A DNA stretch of 64,000 bases from Armatimonadota bacterium (GCA_041690135.1 JAWLHY010000003.1:448001-512000), one strand, 5' to 3'. Shown: positions 9,407-23,427, numbered from the stretch's first letter. A program made the numbers and translations. Notes: generated by a model from the letters alone, not told the origin.

Positions 9407-10765
9407 ATGTCGAGAGTTGGCCGGGGAATCTATCGCAACTGCAACGGCGTAACGCGGCGGGAGGCGCTGCGGATCGGCGCTTCCGGAATGCTCGGGGGGC
9501 TCAGCCTGCCGCTGCTGCTGCAGTTGCAGGCGGAAGCCGCGGCGCCGTCGGCGATCAAGAGCGCGGGCAAGGCGAAGGCGTGCATCTTCCTCTTCCTGGA
9601 GGGCGGTCCGAGCACCATCGACATGTGGGACATGAAGCCGGACGCTCCCGAGGAGATCCGCGGGCCGTGGAAGCCGATGAAAACCAACGTCCCCGGCATC
9701 GAGATCGGCGAACTGCTCCCGCACTGCGCGAAGGTGGCGGACAAGTACGCCATCCTGCGGAGCCACAGCCATAACGACAACGGCCACAGCACGGGCTATC
9801 ACTACGTCGTTACGGGCTGGAAGGCGGCCTTCGCCGACGGGGCCAGCCAGCAGGTGCCGAACAATACCCTCTATCCCTCCATCGGCTCCGTCGTCGCCCG
9901 GGAGTTGGGGCCGCGCAGCCCAGTGCCGGTCTACGTAAACATGCCGAACCCGATGCAGGCGGGCGGGCCGGGGTTTCTTGGGGCGGAATACGCGCCGTTC
10001 GTGCTGGAGACCGATCCGGTGCAGCCGGATTTCGAGGTGAAGGATCTCCGTCTGGCGGACAGCGTCGACCGCGCGCGGTTCGAGCGCCGACGTCGTGCCC
10101 TCGGCCAGATCGGGCCGCAGGGCAAAGCGGGCGGCGCCGCGGCGGAGCGGGCCGGAGCCCTTTCCAAGTACTACGAGCGCGCCTACGACCTGATCACGGC
10201 GCCGGAAGCCCGGAAGGCGTTCGACATCCAGTCCGAGCCGGCGAAGCTGCGCGAGGCCTACGGCTACACCTCGCTCGGCCAGTGCGCCCTCCTGGCGCGC
10301 CGGTTGGTGGAGTCCGGCTGCCGGTTCATCGGTATCGACCACGGAAGCTGGGACACCCACTTCAGCCAGTTCCCCAGCCTGGAGCACGACCTCATCCCCC
10401 ACGCCGATCGCGCTTTCAGCGCCCTGGTGACGGACCTCGACCAGCGTGGCCTGCTGGATGAGACGCTGGTGGTGATGATGGGCGAGATGGGCCGCACCCC
10501 CAAGATCAACCCACAGGGTGGCCGCGACCACTGGTCGATGGCCCAGAGCGTCCTGTTCGCGGGCGGCGGAGTGAAGGGCGGACAGGTGGTCGGCGCCACC
10601 GACAAGACGGCCTCCGAGCCGGTGACCGAGCCGTACGGCGTGGAAGATATCCTGCACACGATGTTCCACCAGATGGGGATCGACAGCACGAAGAATTATC
10701 TCACCCCCCTCGGCCGCCCGGTCCCGATCGTCAACGGTGGGAAGTTAGTCAAGGGGTTGGTTTAG
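9407..10765 (+). CDS. DUF1501 family protein with Tat-like N-terminus
   Basis: TRREALRIG, FLEGGPSTIDMWDMKP, ARRLVESG, WDTH, GEMGRTP, GGRDHW. Confidence 0.92.
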   Translation: MSRVGRGIYRNCNGVTRREALRIGASGMLGGLSLPLLLQLQAEAAAPSAIKSAGKAKACIFLFLEGGPSTIDMWDMKPDAPEEIRGPWKPMKTNVPGIEIGELLPHCAKVADKYAILRSHSHNDNGHSTGYHYVVTGWKAAFADGASQQVPNNTLYPSIGSVVARELGPRSPVPVYVNMPNPMQAGGPGFLGAEYAPFVLETDPVQPDFEVKDLRLADSVDRARFERRRRALGQIGPQGKAGGAAAERAGALSKYYERAYDLITAPEARKAFDIQSEPAKLREAYGYTSLGQCALLARRLVESGCRFIGIDHGSWDTHFSQFPSLEHDLIPHADRAFSALVTDLDQRGLLDETLVVMMGEMGRTPKINPQGGRDHWSMAQSVLFAGGGVKGGQVVGATDKTASEPVTEPYGVEDILHTMFHQMGIDSTKNYLTPLGRPVPIVNGGKLVKGLV

Positions 10766-10834
10766 GTCGGAGTATTGACATCTTTCCAATCTGTGTCATC
10801 TGTGGACTCCTCTTCCCCGTGCGGAGCGTTATCC

Positions 10835-13204
10835 ATGGCCCGAGTAACCTCAACCATCCTCCTCGCACTGGTCGTCGGCTCCCCGGCCGCGGCGCAGAAG
10901 GCCCCCGAGGTCGGCTACGTGTACCCTCCGGGCGGGCGCGCGGGGACGACAGTGGAGGTCCACCTGGGCGGTTATGACTGGACCCCCGACCTGCAGTACT
11001 TCGTGCATCACCCGGGCGTCAAACTGGAGATTGCCGGGCCGCTCACCCCGATCTTCCTCACGCCGCCGCCGTACTGGTCCGGCCCCAAGGTCTATGCCAA
11101 CGCCCTCCCGATCCCGCGGGAGCGGCCCGCCCGCCTCACCCTGCCCGCCGATTTACCTCCCGGTCCGATCCGCTGGCAGGTGGCCAACGCCAACGGCGGC
11201 AGCAGCGCCGGCGTGTTCTGGGTGGGGAACGGCACGGAAGTTCTGGAAGAGCCGCACCGCCGCGAGCCCCAGGCGCTTCCCGCCCTTCCACTCACGGTGA
11301 ACGGGCGGGTCAGCCGGATCTCCGAGGTGGACCGCTACCGGTTCTCCGTGCCGAAGTCGGGACCGGTCACCTGCGCGCTCTTCGCCCGCCGCCTCGGCTC
11401 GGACTTCAATGGGGTCCTGGAAGTGCGAGACTCTCGTGGCCGCGTCGTCGCCGACGCGGCCGATACGGAAGGCCGGGATGAGAGCCTCACCTTCGCGGCG
11501 CAGGCGGGAGAGGAATACGTGGTCGGCGTTCACGATCTCGATTTCAACGGCGACCGCGCCTTCGTCTACCGCCTGGAATTGAGCCCCGGCCCGCGGGTGG
11601 TAGCCGCCTTCCCGGCGGCCGGCCGGCGCGGCGAGACCCGCGAGGTGGAGTTCCTGGGCATCGGCGTGGCGACAGGCGCTCCGAAGCTGGAAAGCGTGAA
11701 GCGGTCCGTGTCCTTCCCGCGCGAAGGGGAGACCTTCTCCTACCGGCTGGAGACGCCGCACGGTAGCGCCCCGGCGTTCCCCCTGGAACTCGGCGACCTT
11801 CCGGAGACAGTGGAAGGGGAGAAAGGACCCGCGCAGCCGCTGTCGCTTCCCACGGCGGTGACCGGGTCTCTCGAGCAAGCGGGCGAGACGGACCGCTACT
11901 CCTGCGAGTTGAAGAAGGGGGAGCGGATCTCCCTCGCTCTCCAGGCGCGCCGGATCGGTTCGCCGCTCGACGTGGGCCTGGCGGTGCTGGCTCCGGACGG
12001 CAAGGAACTGGCACGGGGCGACGACCTGCCGGATACCACGGACACCGCCCTGGAGTTCGTGGCCCCCGCCGACGGCACGTACACCCTGGCGGTCTCGGAG
12101 ATGGGGGCGAGAAGCGGCTCCCGCACCGCGAGCTATCGCCTTGTCGCGGAACGGGCGACCCCGGGTTTTCACCTGGAAGTGACGCAGCGCCTCAACGTTC
12201 TCCTGGGCGCCAAGGCGGAGCTGGTGGTGAAGGCGAAGCGGCTCGGCGGCTTCGACGCTCCCATCCCCCTCCGGATCGCCGGTCTCCCAGAAGGCATCTC
12301 CGTGACCGGGGAGCCGGTGATCCCGCAGGGCAAGACCGAGGTCAAGATCTCCCTGCAGGCCGCCGCCGATGCCGCGGCCCTGGCCTCACTGGTCACGGTC
12401 ACCGGCGCGGCCACCCTCGACGGTCGGACCCTGACCGTCACCGCGACCGCACCTGCTGGAGGCAGCCTGGCCGCCCGTGCCCCGGAAGAGAATGCCCTAC
12501 CTTCGGTGCTGGTCTCCAGCATCATGAAGCCGCGCTGGAAGGTCTCCCCCGTGGACAAAGACGGCGGCCGGACCGTCCACCGCGGCACTACCTACCCGGC
12601 TGAGGTGATCATCGAGCGGACCGACGGCTTCACGGGTCCGCTGGAATTGCAGATGGCGGCGCAGCAGGCCCGCCACCGCATGGGCATCTGGGGTCCGGAT
12701 CTCCCCGTGGCCGCCGGCGTGACGCGGACCCACTATCCCTGCTTCATGCCGGAGTGGCTGGACACGACCCGCACCTCGCGCATGATCCTTATCGCGGTGG
12801 GCAAAGTGGCGGATCCGAAGGGTAACGTGCGGTACCTGGTCGCGCCGGGAGATGGCCGCATCACCATGTCCATGGAAGGGGCGCTTCTCAAGGTCAGCCA
12901 CGAGGCCGGCGAGATGAGCGTGCGGCCCGGCGACTCCATTGAGGTTCCGGTCAAGATCGCGCGGTCCGCCAAGCTGCCGGAAGCGGTGCGCCTGGAGCTG
13001 CGCCTCCCCGAAGGCATGGACGGGATGCTCAGCGCGGAGCCGCTGGTCCTCCCGCCCGACCGCGATGCCGCAAAGGTGAAGATCGCCGTCGGTAAGAACC
13101 TCAACCTCAAAGGCGCCGTCCCGTTGACGATCCGCGCCACCGCCATGCAGAACGGCAAGCTCCCCGTCATCTCCGAAACCACCGTCGAGGTATACTTCCC
13201 GTAA
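10835..13204 (+). CDS. Secreted PPC (pre-peptidase C-terminal) domain protein typical of DUF1549/DUF1501 clusters
   Basis: Signal peptide; YVYPPGGRAGTTVEV; two PPC-like repeats (DRYRFS...ARRLGS; DRYS...ARRIGSPLD). Confidence 0.8.
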   Translation: MARVTSTILLALVVGSPAAAQKAPEVGYVYPPGGRAGTTVEVHLGGYDWTPDLQYFVHHPGVKLEIAGPLTPIFLTPPPYWSGPKVYANALPIPRERPARLTLPADLPPGPIRWQVANANGGSSAGVFWVGNGTEVLEEPHRREPQALPALPLTVNGRVSRISEVDRYRFSVPKSGPVTCALFARRLGSDFNGVLEVRDSRGRVVADAADTEGRDESLTFAAQAGEEYVVGVHDLDFNGDRAFVYRLELSPGPRVVAAFPAAGRRGETREVEFLGIGVATGAPKLESVKRSVSFPREGETFSYRLETPHGSAPAFPLELGDLPETVEGEKGPAQPLSLPTAVTGSLEQAGETDRYSCELKKGERISLALQARRIGSPLDVGLAVLAPDGKELARGDDLPDTTDTALEFVAPADGTYTLAVSEMGARSGSRTASYRLVAERATPGFHLEVTQRLNVLLGAKAELVVKAKRLGGFDAPIPLRIAGLPEGISVTGEPVIPQGKTEVKISLQAAADAAALASLVTVTGAATLDGRTLTVTATAPAGGSLAARAPEENALPSVLVSSIMKPRWKVSPVDKDGGRTVHRGTTYPAEVIIERTDGFTGPLELQMAAQQARHRMGIWGPDLPVAAGVTRTHYPCFMPEWLDTTRTSRMILIAVGKVADPKGNVRYLVAPGDGRITMSMEGALLKVSHEAGEMSVRPGDSIEVPVKIARSAKLPEAVRLELRLPEGMDGMLSAEPLVLPPDRDAAKVKIAVGKNLNLKGAVPLTIRATAMQNGKLPVISETTVEVYFP

Positions 13205-13285
13205 TCCCCAGGATTGCGGCCTGGCGATAAAGGCGCGGAAGTTCGCACCCTATCTCGGTGAGCAGAACCAGTTGCTGGTGCGGAC

Positions 13286-13347
13286 CCTCCCTATCCTGAT
13301 CCTCATCTTCATTCTGATCTTTATCGTTCTCTTTTTCCTTATCTTCC
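13286..13347. repeat. Degenerate pyrimidine-rich hexamer tandem tract
   Basis: ccctatcctgatcctcatcttcattctgatctttatcgttctctttttccttatcttcc running up to the next ATG. Confidence 0.7.
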
Positions 13348-13926
13348 ATGCGCTCCCTTGTCATCTCCAGCAGCCTGGATGCGTCGAGCCGCAGCGAATA
13401 TCTGGCGCGGGAGTATGCCTCCGCATTGACCGACCGGGGCGTGGACGTACAGTTCCTCTCCCTGAAGGATCATTCGCTCCCGCGCTTCGACAACAGCGAC
13501 GACATCCTGTCTGATCCCACTTATCGCGTGCTCCACGAGGCAGCAACCTGGGCCGATGGTCTGGTGCTCGCGAGCCCGGTCTACAACTGGGACTGCTGCG
13601 CGGAGCTCAAGCGCTTTGTGGAGGTGGTTGGGACGACGCCGCCGGACGGCTCGGCCCGGAGCCCCTTCTTCGACAAGATCGTCACCTTCGTGAATGCCGC
13701 GGGGTTACCTCACAGCTACATGGCGTTCGCTCCCCTGGCCATCTCGATGCTGCTCGACTTCAAGTGCATCCTCAACCCCTATCACATCTACGTTCACAAT
13801 CGCCACTGGTCCGGCGACACCCTCGGCAGCGAGGCCCTGGCTCGCATCGGCAAGTCCGCGGGCGTGAAAGTCGAGCTCCTGCGCTGCCTGGCGGAGCGCA
13901 GCTACCGCTCCGAGTGGGAAGTCTGA
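13348..13926 (+). CDS. NAD(P)H-dependent FMN reductase (flavodoxin-like)
   Basis: SSSLDASSRS N-terminal loop; ADGLVLASPVYN; ELKRFVE. Confidence 0.85.
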   Translation: MRSLVISSSLDASSRSEYLAREYASALTDRGVDVQFLSLKDHSLPRFDNSDDILSDPTYRVLHEAATWADGLVLASPVYNWDCCAELKRFVEVVGTTPPDGSARSPFFDKIVTFVNAAGLPHSYMAFAPLAISMLLDFKCILNPYHIYVHNRHWSGDTLGSEALARIGKSAGVKVELLRCLAERSYRSEWEV

Positions 13927-13971
13927 AGGGGATGCCCAACAGGTAGGGACGGGACACCCGCAGGTGGGTTC

Positions 13972-15600
13972 TCAGCGAGGCTCGTGAATCGTTTCACCGG
14001 CGGCGATGCTCATCAGGACCTCCGGGTCCACCGGTTTGGGAAGGTAGGCATCGAAGCCCGCCGCTCGACCTCGCTCCACGTCTTCCGGCTGCGAATAGCC
14101 GGAGATCGCGACCAGGCGCGTGCCCTGTGTTCGGCGATCACGCCGGAGCGCTTCCGCAACCCCGTAGCCGTTCATTCCCGGTAGTCCAATATCGCACAGG
14201 ATCAGGTGTGGGCTCCAGGCGCGTGCGGCCTCCACGCCTTCCTGGCCGCTAAAGGCGAGGCGAACCTCGTAACCTTCGATCCCCAGGAGTTCCTGGAGAG
14301 TTTCGGCGGCATCCCGATTATCCTCAATGATGAGCACCCGTCGACCCTCGCCGCGGCGCCCCGGCGCCTCCCGAGCGGCCGGTGGCCGGGAAGAGGCGGG
14401 GGTCGGCGGCGGAGTGGGGAGTAGTGGGAGAGAAATGGTGAACTCCGCTCCCTGGCCGGGCCCGGCGCTGGACGCTGCGATGGCGCCGCCGTGCATCTCC
14501 ACGATCCCTTTGACGAGAGCCAGACCCAGTCCGAGCCCGCCGGTGGTGCGGGCCAGGTCCTGGCGGCCCTGGACGAAACTCTCCCAGATCGTGGGCAGCA
14601 GCTCGGCGGGGATGCCCGCTCCGGTGTCCCGGACCGACACCACCGCCTGTTCCAGGTCGCCCTTGACTTCTTTGCGTACTCCCACGCAGATCCGATCTCC
14701 GGACGTGGTGAATTTCCCTGCGTTGTTCAAGAGGTTGCCCACCGCCTGGCAAAGTCGTACGCGGTCTCCCTGGACGATCAACGGTTCCTGCGGAAGGTCC
14801 GCGTCGACGCGCACTCCAGAGTTCTCCAATCCCAGGCGGTAGTCGTCGACGCAACTGCGGACGGTCTCCACCAGATTCAGGGTCTCGCTCTGAAGCGTGA
14901 GGTTCCCTCGCGAGATGCGAGAGACTTCGAGAAGGTCGGCGACGATCCTGGCCATGTGCTCCGCCTGACGCTTGATGATCTCTCGCTGACGCTGGAGCTG
15001 GGGGTCGGCTGGGCCACGCGCGCGCAGCACCGCAACCGCCGTGAGGATGGGTGCCAGCGGATTGCGCAGTTCATGCGCGAGCATGGCGAGGAACTCGTCT
15101 TTGCGGCGATCCGCTTCCTGGAGCTCGCGAGTAGTTCGGCGGCTTTCTTCCAGCAGACGCGCGTTCTCCTCCGCCCTGGCCCGGAGTTCCTCACGCTGGC
15201 GGGCCACCTCTTGCCGCTGCCGGTAGAGTTCAAAGAACACTTCCGCCTTGCTCCGGAGGATGTGCGGATTGACCGGCTTGAAGAGAAAATCCACCGCGCC
15301 GGCGTCATAGCCCCGGAAGCGGCGTTGTTCGTCGATGGCGCCGGCCGTGAGGAAGATGATCGGCACCCGCCGGGTCCGCTCGGTACCGCGCATCAGCTCC
15401 GCCAGCTCAAACCCGTCCATTCCCGGCATCTGCACGTCCACGATGGCGAGCGCCACGTCATGCACCAGCAGCAGTTCCAGGGCCTCCGTGCCGGAGCAGG
15501 CCTTGAGGATCTCCAGCCCTTCTTGTTGCAGCAGGGCCTCGAGCGCGAGGAGATTGCCCTCAAGATCGTCTACCAGCAGGAATTTGACCGGTGCATGCAT
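13972..15600 (-). CDS. Hybrid histidine kinase/response regulator (REC-HisKA-HATPase-REC)
   Basis: LLVDD...DVQMPGMDG; AHELRNPL; NLLNNAGKF; GLGLGL; C-terminal REC with DIGLPGMNG. Confidence 0.93.
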   Translation of the reverse strand: MHAPVKFLLVDDLEGNLLALEALLQQEGLEILKACSGTEALELLLVHDVALAIVDVQMPGMDGFELAELMRGTERTRRVPIIFLTAGAIDEQRRFRGYDAGAVDFLFKPVNPHILRSKAEVFFELYRQRQEVARQREELRARAEENARLLEESRRTTRELQEADRRKDEFLAMLAHELRNPLAPILTAVAVLRARGPADPQLQRQREIIKRQAEHMARIVADLLEVSRISRGNLTLQSETLNLVETVRSCVDDYRLGLENSGVRVDADLPQEPLIVQGDRVRLCQAVGNLLNNAGKFTTSGDRICVGVRKEVKGDLEQAVVSVRDTGAGIPAELLPTIWESFVQGRQDLARTTGGLGLGLALVKGIVEMHGGAIAASSAGPGQGAEFTISLPLLPTPPPTPASSRPPAAREAPGRRGEGRRVLIIEDNRDAAETLQELLGIEGYEVRLAFSGQEGVEAARAWSPHLILCDIGLPGMNGYGVAEALRRDRRTQGTRLVAISGYSQPEDVERGRAAGFDAYLPKPVDPEVLMSIAAGETIHEPR

Positions 15601-15608
15601 ATTCCCTA

Positions 15609-16241
15609 TTACCCAACCCCCCCGATACCCTGGAGAAAGCCCAGGATCTGTGCAAGACTCATGGCGCGAGCTTTAGGGCAAGCCGCAAGGGCGGCCTGCG
15701 GCATCGCCGGGACCAGCGCCGATTCGGGGCTTTGAACCAGGGCCTGCCCCCCTGCCTCGCAGATCTTCCGAAGTCCTCGCGCCCCGTCCGAGTTGGCTCC
15801 GGTGAGAATGATCCCGAGCAGGTTTTCACCGTATGCGTCGGCCGCCGTCTCGAAGAGCACATCGATCGACGGTCGAGAATAGAGGACCGGTTCATCGCTG
15901 GAGAGTGAAAGACGCCGGTCCGGTTCTATCAGCAGGTGATAATCCGGTGGGGCAAAGTACGCGGTACCGGGCTGTATCGCCTCCTTGTCCTCGGCTTCCT
16001 TGACCTCGATCCGGCATCTGCCCTGGAACAAATCGGCCAGGGCGCTGCGCCTGTCGCGAGGTAAGTGGACCACCACCATCAGCGGAAGTGCGAACTCCGA
16101 CGGAAGCTCGGGAAGAATGAGGGACAGCGCTTCGATGGCGCCGGCCGACGCCCCCACCACGACCGCGTCAATCCGGGCTACCGGGGTGGGCCGGGCTTCC
16201 GGGGTGGGAGTTTGTGCCTGCGGTTGGTCAGGTCCGGTCAC
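15609..16241 (-). CDS. cheB: Stand-alone CheB-type methylesterase (no REC domain)
   Basis: GASAGA, VVHL, PDYHL, RPSIDVLF, LTGANSDG; GTG at 16241 overlaps the cheR stop. Confidence 0.9.
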   Translation of the reverse strand: MTGPDQPQAQTPTPEARPTPVARIDAVVVGASAGAIEALSLILPELPSEFALPLMVVVHLPRDRRSALADLFQGRCRIEVKEAEDKEAIQPGTAYFAPPDYHLLIEPDRRLSLSSDEPVLYSRPSIDVLFETAADAYGENLLGIILTGANSDGARGLRKICEAGGQALVQSPESALVPAMPQAALAACPKARAMSLAQILGFLQGIGGVG

Positions 16242-17065
16242 GCTATCTCTCGCTTCTGATAGATTCGCTCCTCCCGGACAAAATCGACGAAAGCGTCCGC
16301 ATGCGCGGAGAACCGCAGGTTTTCCTTGGCGCCCAAACCCAGGAATCCTTTCCGCACCAGAGAGTCTTTGAACAGCCCGATGGCGCGGTCCTGCAACTCC
16401 CGATCGAAGTAGATGAGCACATTGCGGCAGGAGATGAGGTGCATCTCCGCGAAGACCGCGTCCGAAACGAGGCTGTGATCCGAGAAAACGGCACGGGCGC
16501 GGAGACTCTTGTCGAAAACGGCCCCCCCGTAGGCGGCCGTGTAGTAATCGGACAGGGAGGATTTGCCGCCCGAGCGGCGGTGGTTTTCGGTGAAGAGGGG
16601 GACACGGTCCAACTCGTACACCCCGGCCTCGGCCTTCCGCAGGGCGTCCGGGTTGATGTCGGTCCCGTAGAACATCGTCCGGCTCTCCAGTCCTTCTTCG
16701 CGGAAGAGGATGGCCAGGGAGTAGAGCTCCTCTCCCGTGCTGCAGCCGGCTACCCAGACCTTCAGTGACGGGTACGTCTTCAGATGCGGCACCACCCGCT
16801 CCCGCAGCGCCCGGAAGTAGGATGGATCGCGGAACATCTCGCTCACCTGCACGGTGAGATAGCCCAGGAGTTCCGACAGCACAGCCGGCTCGTGCAGCAG
16901 CCGGTCCTGAAGAAGCGAAAAGCTCCGGCACCCGAAGTGTTCGCGCGCCTGCAGCAGACGGCGCTTGAGAGAGGCGGTGGAGTAGCCCCGGAAGTCGTAA
17001 TGGTACTTCAGGTGAATCGCTTCGAGCAGCAGCCGGATCTCGATGTCCTCGGTTTTCTTCGGCAC
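16238..17065 (-). CDS. cheR: CheR-type protein-glutamate O-methyltransferase
   Basis: YDFRGY, SEMFRD, WVAGCSTGEELYS, GTDIN, CRNVLIYF. Confidence 0.95.
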   Translation of the reverse strand: MPKKTEDIEIRLLLEAIHLKYHYDFRGYSTASLKRRLLQAREHFGCRSFSLLQDRLLHEPAVLSELLGYLTVQVSEMFRDPSYFRALRERVVPHLKTYPSLKVWVAGCSTGEELYSLAILFREEGLESRTMFYGTDINPDALRKAEAGVYELDRVPLFTENHRRSGGKSSLSDYYTAAYGGAVFDKSLRARAVFSDHSLVSDAVFAEMHLISCRNVLIYFDRELQDRAIGLFKDSLVRKGFLGLGAKENLRFSAHADAFVDFVREERIYQKREIA

Positions 17066-17079
17066 GGCTCAGGTCCTCC

Positions 17080-20247
<3,168 letters not shown>

Positions 20248-20477
20248 GCTGGGCGAATTCCTGCGAAGATCGGCGAGGGTCCAGGCGTGCGATCACGATC
20301 GCCACGAGACGCTGCAAGCCATGTCCGGCGGCGTACCGCCCCATCGCATGCGGGACCATGTCCTTCCGGACGGAAGGTGGGACGCCAGCTAACTGGCCTG
20401 ACGAGAGGCCACCGTTGAGGTTGGCCAACTACTAACCGTACGGCCGCCATATTGGCCATCTGTACAGTTTTGAATAT

Positions 20478-20483
20478 ATTATA
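20478..20483 (-). promoter_or_regulatory. Possible sigma70 -10 box for the kinase-cheR-cheB operon
   Basis: Perfect TATAAT on the minus strand in an AT-rich patch about 230 bp upstream of the kinase start; no clear -35. Confidence 0.4.
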
Positions 20484-20571
20484 GCGCTAATGCTTGCGGG
20501 TTAGGGAAATACGATCCGGGAAGGCAGTCGCTCCTCTCTGCCGATGATCCCGCTACCTAAAGACCGCAGTA

Positions 20572-23025
20572 CTAGGCTGCGTTAACCTGGAGAACCAGGA
20601 TGGCAATGTCGTCCCGGAGGTTACCCTCCTGGAAATCCATCACCGCCCGATCGAGCCGTTTGGCGATGGCGGAGGCGTCCATTCCGGCGCAAGTGCCGAG
20701 CAACGCCGCCAGTCGCTCCTCGCCAAAGAGCTCGTGATCCGTGCGGGCCTCCGTAACTCCATCCGTATAGAGGACGACGGCATCACCGGGTCCCAACTCC
20801 AGGATCTCCTCCGTCGCTTCCAGATCGGGAAGAACGCCCAGGAGCATTCCGGTGGTGGCGAGCATCTCGACGTGGCCGTTGCGGCGCATCACCAGTGGGG
20901 GGAGATGCCCGCCGGAAGCCAGCGTGAGCCGGGCTCCGTGGGGAATCAACTCCAGTCGCAGGTAGGCGACGGTGATAAAGCGTTCGCCGGTGCATTGCCG
21001 CAAGAGCGCCTCGTTCAGGGCGGCCAGGATTTCCCCGGGGCTAGAGATATGCAGTGTTACTGCCTGTATCGTGTGCCGGGCCAGGGCCGTCACCGCCGCG
21101 GCCTTCGGCCCCTTGCCGTTCACATCTCCGATAACAACGGCCCAGGTGTGATCACTGGTTTCGAACAGATCGTAGAAGTCGCCTCCCACCTCAATGCCTT
21201 CCCCCGCCGCCCGGAAGCAGGCAGCCAGGGTCATTCCGGGGATGCGCGGGAGCTCCGGTGGCAGCAGGCTCTGTTGCAGGGTGTGAGCGATCTCCCGCTG
21301 GTGGCGGTAAAGCCGGGCATTGTCGATGGCCAGGGCTGCCCGGCCGGCGATCTCCTCCGCCAGGAGGAGATCGGCCGGAACGTAACGGCGCCCGGACTCG
21401 GCATAGAGGAAGCTCAACGCGCCGAGGATGCGGCCGCGTGCCAGGAGTGGAATGATCATTGCGGATTGCGGTCGCAGTTCCTGGAGGAGGCGAAGATGCT
21501 CGTCACCCTGAGCGGCCTCGGCGAAGATGACGTCACGGAGTTCCGGCGCATACACCGGCTTCCCTGTGCGTAATACCTCGGTGACTCCCGTCGCCTGACC
21601 CCGGTCCGGTGGAAAGCGGCGCAGTTCGCGGGCCAGCAAGGCTTTCCCGGGGTCCGCGTGCGCAACCGCCAGCCGCCGCAGCGATCCATCCTCTTCCACC
21701 AGATCTACGGTGCAGTAATCCGCCAGGAGCGGGACGGCAAGGCGTGCGACCCGCTCCAGCGTTACCTCGTATTCCAGGGTAGAGGCAAGTTCCTTGCTTG
21801 CTTCCGCCAGGAACGTTAAAGCCGCTTCCGCGCGTTTGCGCACGGTAATATCCCGCACCACGCAGATCAGCCCGCCTGCTGCGAAGGCGGTGAGAGAGAC
21901 CTCCTGGGGGAAATGGCTGCCGTCGCGGCGTTGTCCCGTCGCCTCGCCGCGCCAGCGCCCCTCTCGCTGGACGATCGGCGTGATCTCTCGCTCGAAGCGG
22001 AGCCTTTCCTCTTCCTGGTAGAGCTCCCTCCAGGATCGGCCGAGCAGCGCTTCCGGGCTTTCATACCCGTATAACGCGGCATGGGCGTGGTTTACGTAGA
22101 CATACCGTTCGTCCACATCCAGGATGGCCACCCCGTCCATCGAGGCTTCCACGGCCGCGCGGAGAACATCCAGGGCTTCCTGGGTCCGCTTTTGCTCGGT
22201 GATATCCAGGAGTACCCCTCGAAGCTGGATGGCTTTTCCGTCTTCACTCCGCGCCACCCTCACGAGATGCCGGAGCCAGAGCACCCGGCCGTTGGAGGCA
22301 AGGGTCCGGTATTCGAGTTGATGATCCCGCCCCGCCTGTGTGGCCTCCCGGCAGTAAGTGACCACCCACTCCCGGTCCTCGGGATGCAGCACCCGTTTCC
22401 AGAAGTCGGGCCGGGTAAGCCATTCCTGGACTGGATAGCCGAGGATCCTTTCCGCGGGCTGGTTTACGAACGTGAACCGGAAGGGCGAAGTGTCCGCTTC
22501 CCAAACGATCGCTTCCAAACCCTGTACGAGGTCGTGAAACCGCTTCTCGGCCGCCTCGGCAAGCCTGCGTGCCGCCTGTTCGCTCGTGAGGGCCTCCTCT
22601 CGAATTCGGGCTGTTTCGACTGCGTGGAGAGCGACCCGGCGCTGGGCATGCACGCCCCAGTTGATCAGAGCCGCCGCGATGACAAACTGCACGATCCGCA
22701 GATAGGTGGAGAGCTGTTGAACCGCGGGGGATGCGTCGGACTGAAGGAGAAAGTAACTGCCGGCGAGGGCTCCCAGGCCGGTAGCCAGGAGCCCGGGCCC
22801 CAGGCCGCCATAGAGACCGCTGATGACCACGGCAACCAGGAAGACAAAGAAGGGGCTCTCCCGGAGCAACGGCTCCAGGAGCAACATCAGGCATAATGCA
22901 ACGCCGGCAGCAATCAGGGCCACGCCATAGCGAACGGCAGAATCGCCCCATGCTGCACGTTCATGACGCGCGGGTTGAGGTCGCGGATGGACAGGGACCC
23001 GATTGGGACGCAGGCTGATGCTCAC
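20572..23025 (-). CDS. SpoIIE/RsbU-type PP2C phosphatase with DUF4118-like TM region, two PAS domains and GAF
   Basis: LQQSLLP, VGGDFYD, GDVNGKG, LYTDGVTEA, DDIAIL; PAS signatures (VLHPEDRE, DITEQKR, DITVRKRAE). Confidence 0.92.
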   Translation of the reverse strand: MSISLRPNRVPVHPRPQPARHERAAWGDSAVRYGVALIAAGVALCLMLLLEPLLRESPFFVFLVAVVISGLYGGLGPGLLATGLGALAGSYFLLQSDASPAVQQLSTYLRIVQFVIAAALINWGVHAQRRVALHAVETARIREEALTSEQAARRLAEAAEKRFHDLVQGLEAIVWEADTSPFRFTFVNQPAERILGYPVQEWLTRPDFWKRVLHPEDREWVVTYCREATQAGRDHQLEYRTLASNGRVLWLRHLVRVARSEDGKAIQLRGVLLDITEQKRTQEALDVLRAAVEASMDGVAILDVDERYVYVNHAHAALYGYESPEALLGRSWRELYQEEERLRFEREITPIVQREGRWRGEATGQRRDGSHFPQEVSLTAFAAGGLICVVRDITVRKRAEAALTFLAEASKELASTLEYEVTLERVARLAVPLLADYCTVDLVEEDGSLRRLAVAHADPGKALLARELRRFPPDRGQATGVTEVLRTGKPVYAPELRDVIFAEAAQGDEHLRLLQELRPQSAMIIPLLARGRILGALSFLYAESGRRYVPADLLLAEEIAGRAALAIDNARLYRHQREIAHTLQQSLLPPELPRIPGMTLAACFRAAGEGIEVGGDFYDLFETSDHTWAVVIGDVNGKGPKAAAVTALARHTIQAVTLHISSPGEILAALNEALLRQCTGERFITVAYLRLELIPHGARLTLASGGHLPPLVMRRNGHVEMLATTGMLLGVLPDLEATEEILELGPGDAVVLYTDGVTEARTDHELFGEERLAALLGTCAGMDASAIAKRLDRAVMDFQEGNLRDDIAILVLQVNAA

Positions 23026-23370
23026 GCGAAGCCTCCCGGAAAAGAGTGGTAGTCGCGACCCCCGTTGCCAGTTTTCCTGCCGCTTGCAGCCCTTGCATCT
23101 CCATTATGGACGATCCCTCGCCAACTGCCATTTACTCTTCAGATTTTGTATATGTGTGCAAAAAGGTTATGGATTGGACACTAGTATACCCAGGCAGTAT
23201 TGAGATCACTGCGTGGAACGGGAGGGATTCGCAGCGGCCCTGACTCCGCGGTTGTTCTTCAATAGGGGTCTCATTCCGGTGGTCCTGGGACGCCCACGGG
23301 AAGCGGTTTGCGCCCGCGGCGAAAGTAACCGGGCTGACCTGCCGTTCCGGCAGCCCCCAGAACCCCGCCC

Positions 23371-23396
23371 GATTGCAGAGCACCTCCCCTGGGTAT
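23371..23396 (+). promoter_or_regulatory. SigB/SigF-like promoter candidate
   Basis: GATT-N16-GGGTAT about 30 bp upstream of TTG 23428. Confidence 0.5.
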
Positions 23397-23427
23397 GAGG
23401 GGGAAGGCGGGAATGGGGGAGGGTGAC

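Noticed and set aside
23395-23427. ATG 23395 as the start of the small CxxC protein
   Set aside because: It lies inside the GGGTAT promoter-like box and has no RBS; TTG 23428 has one.
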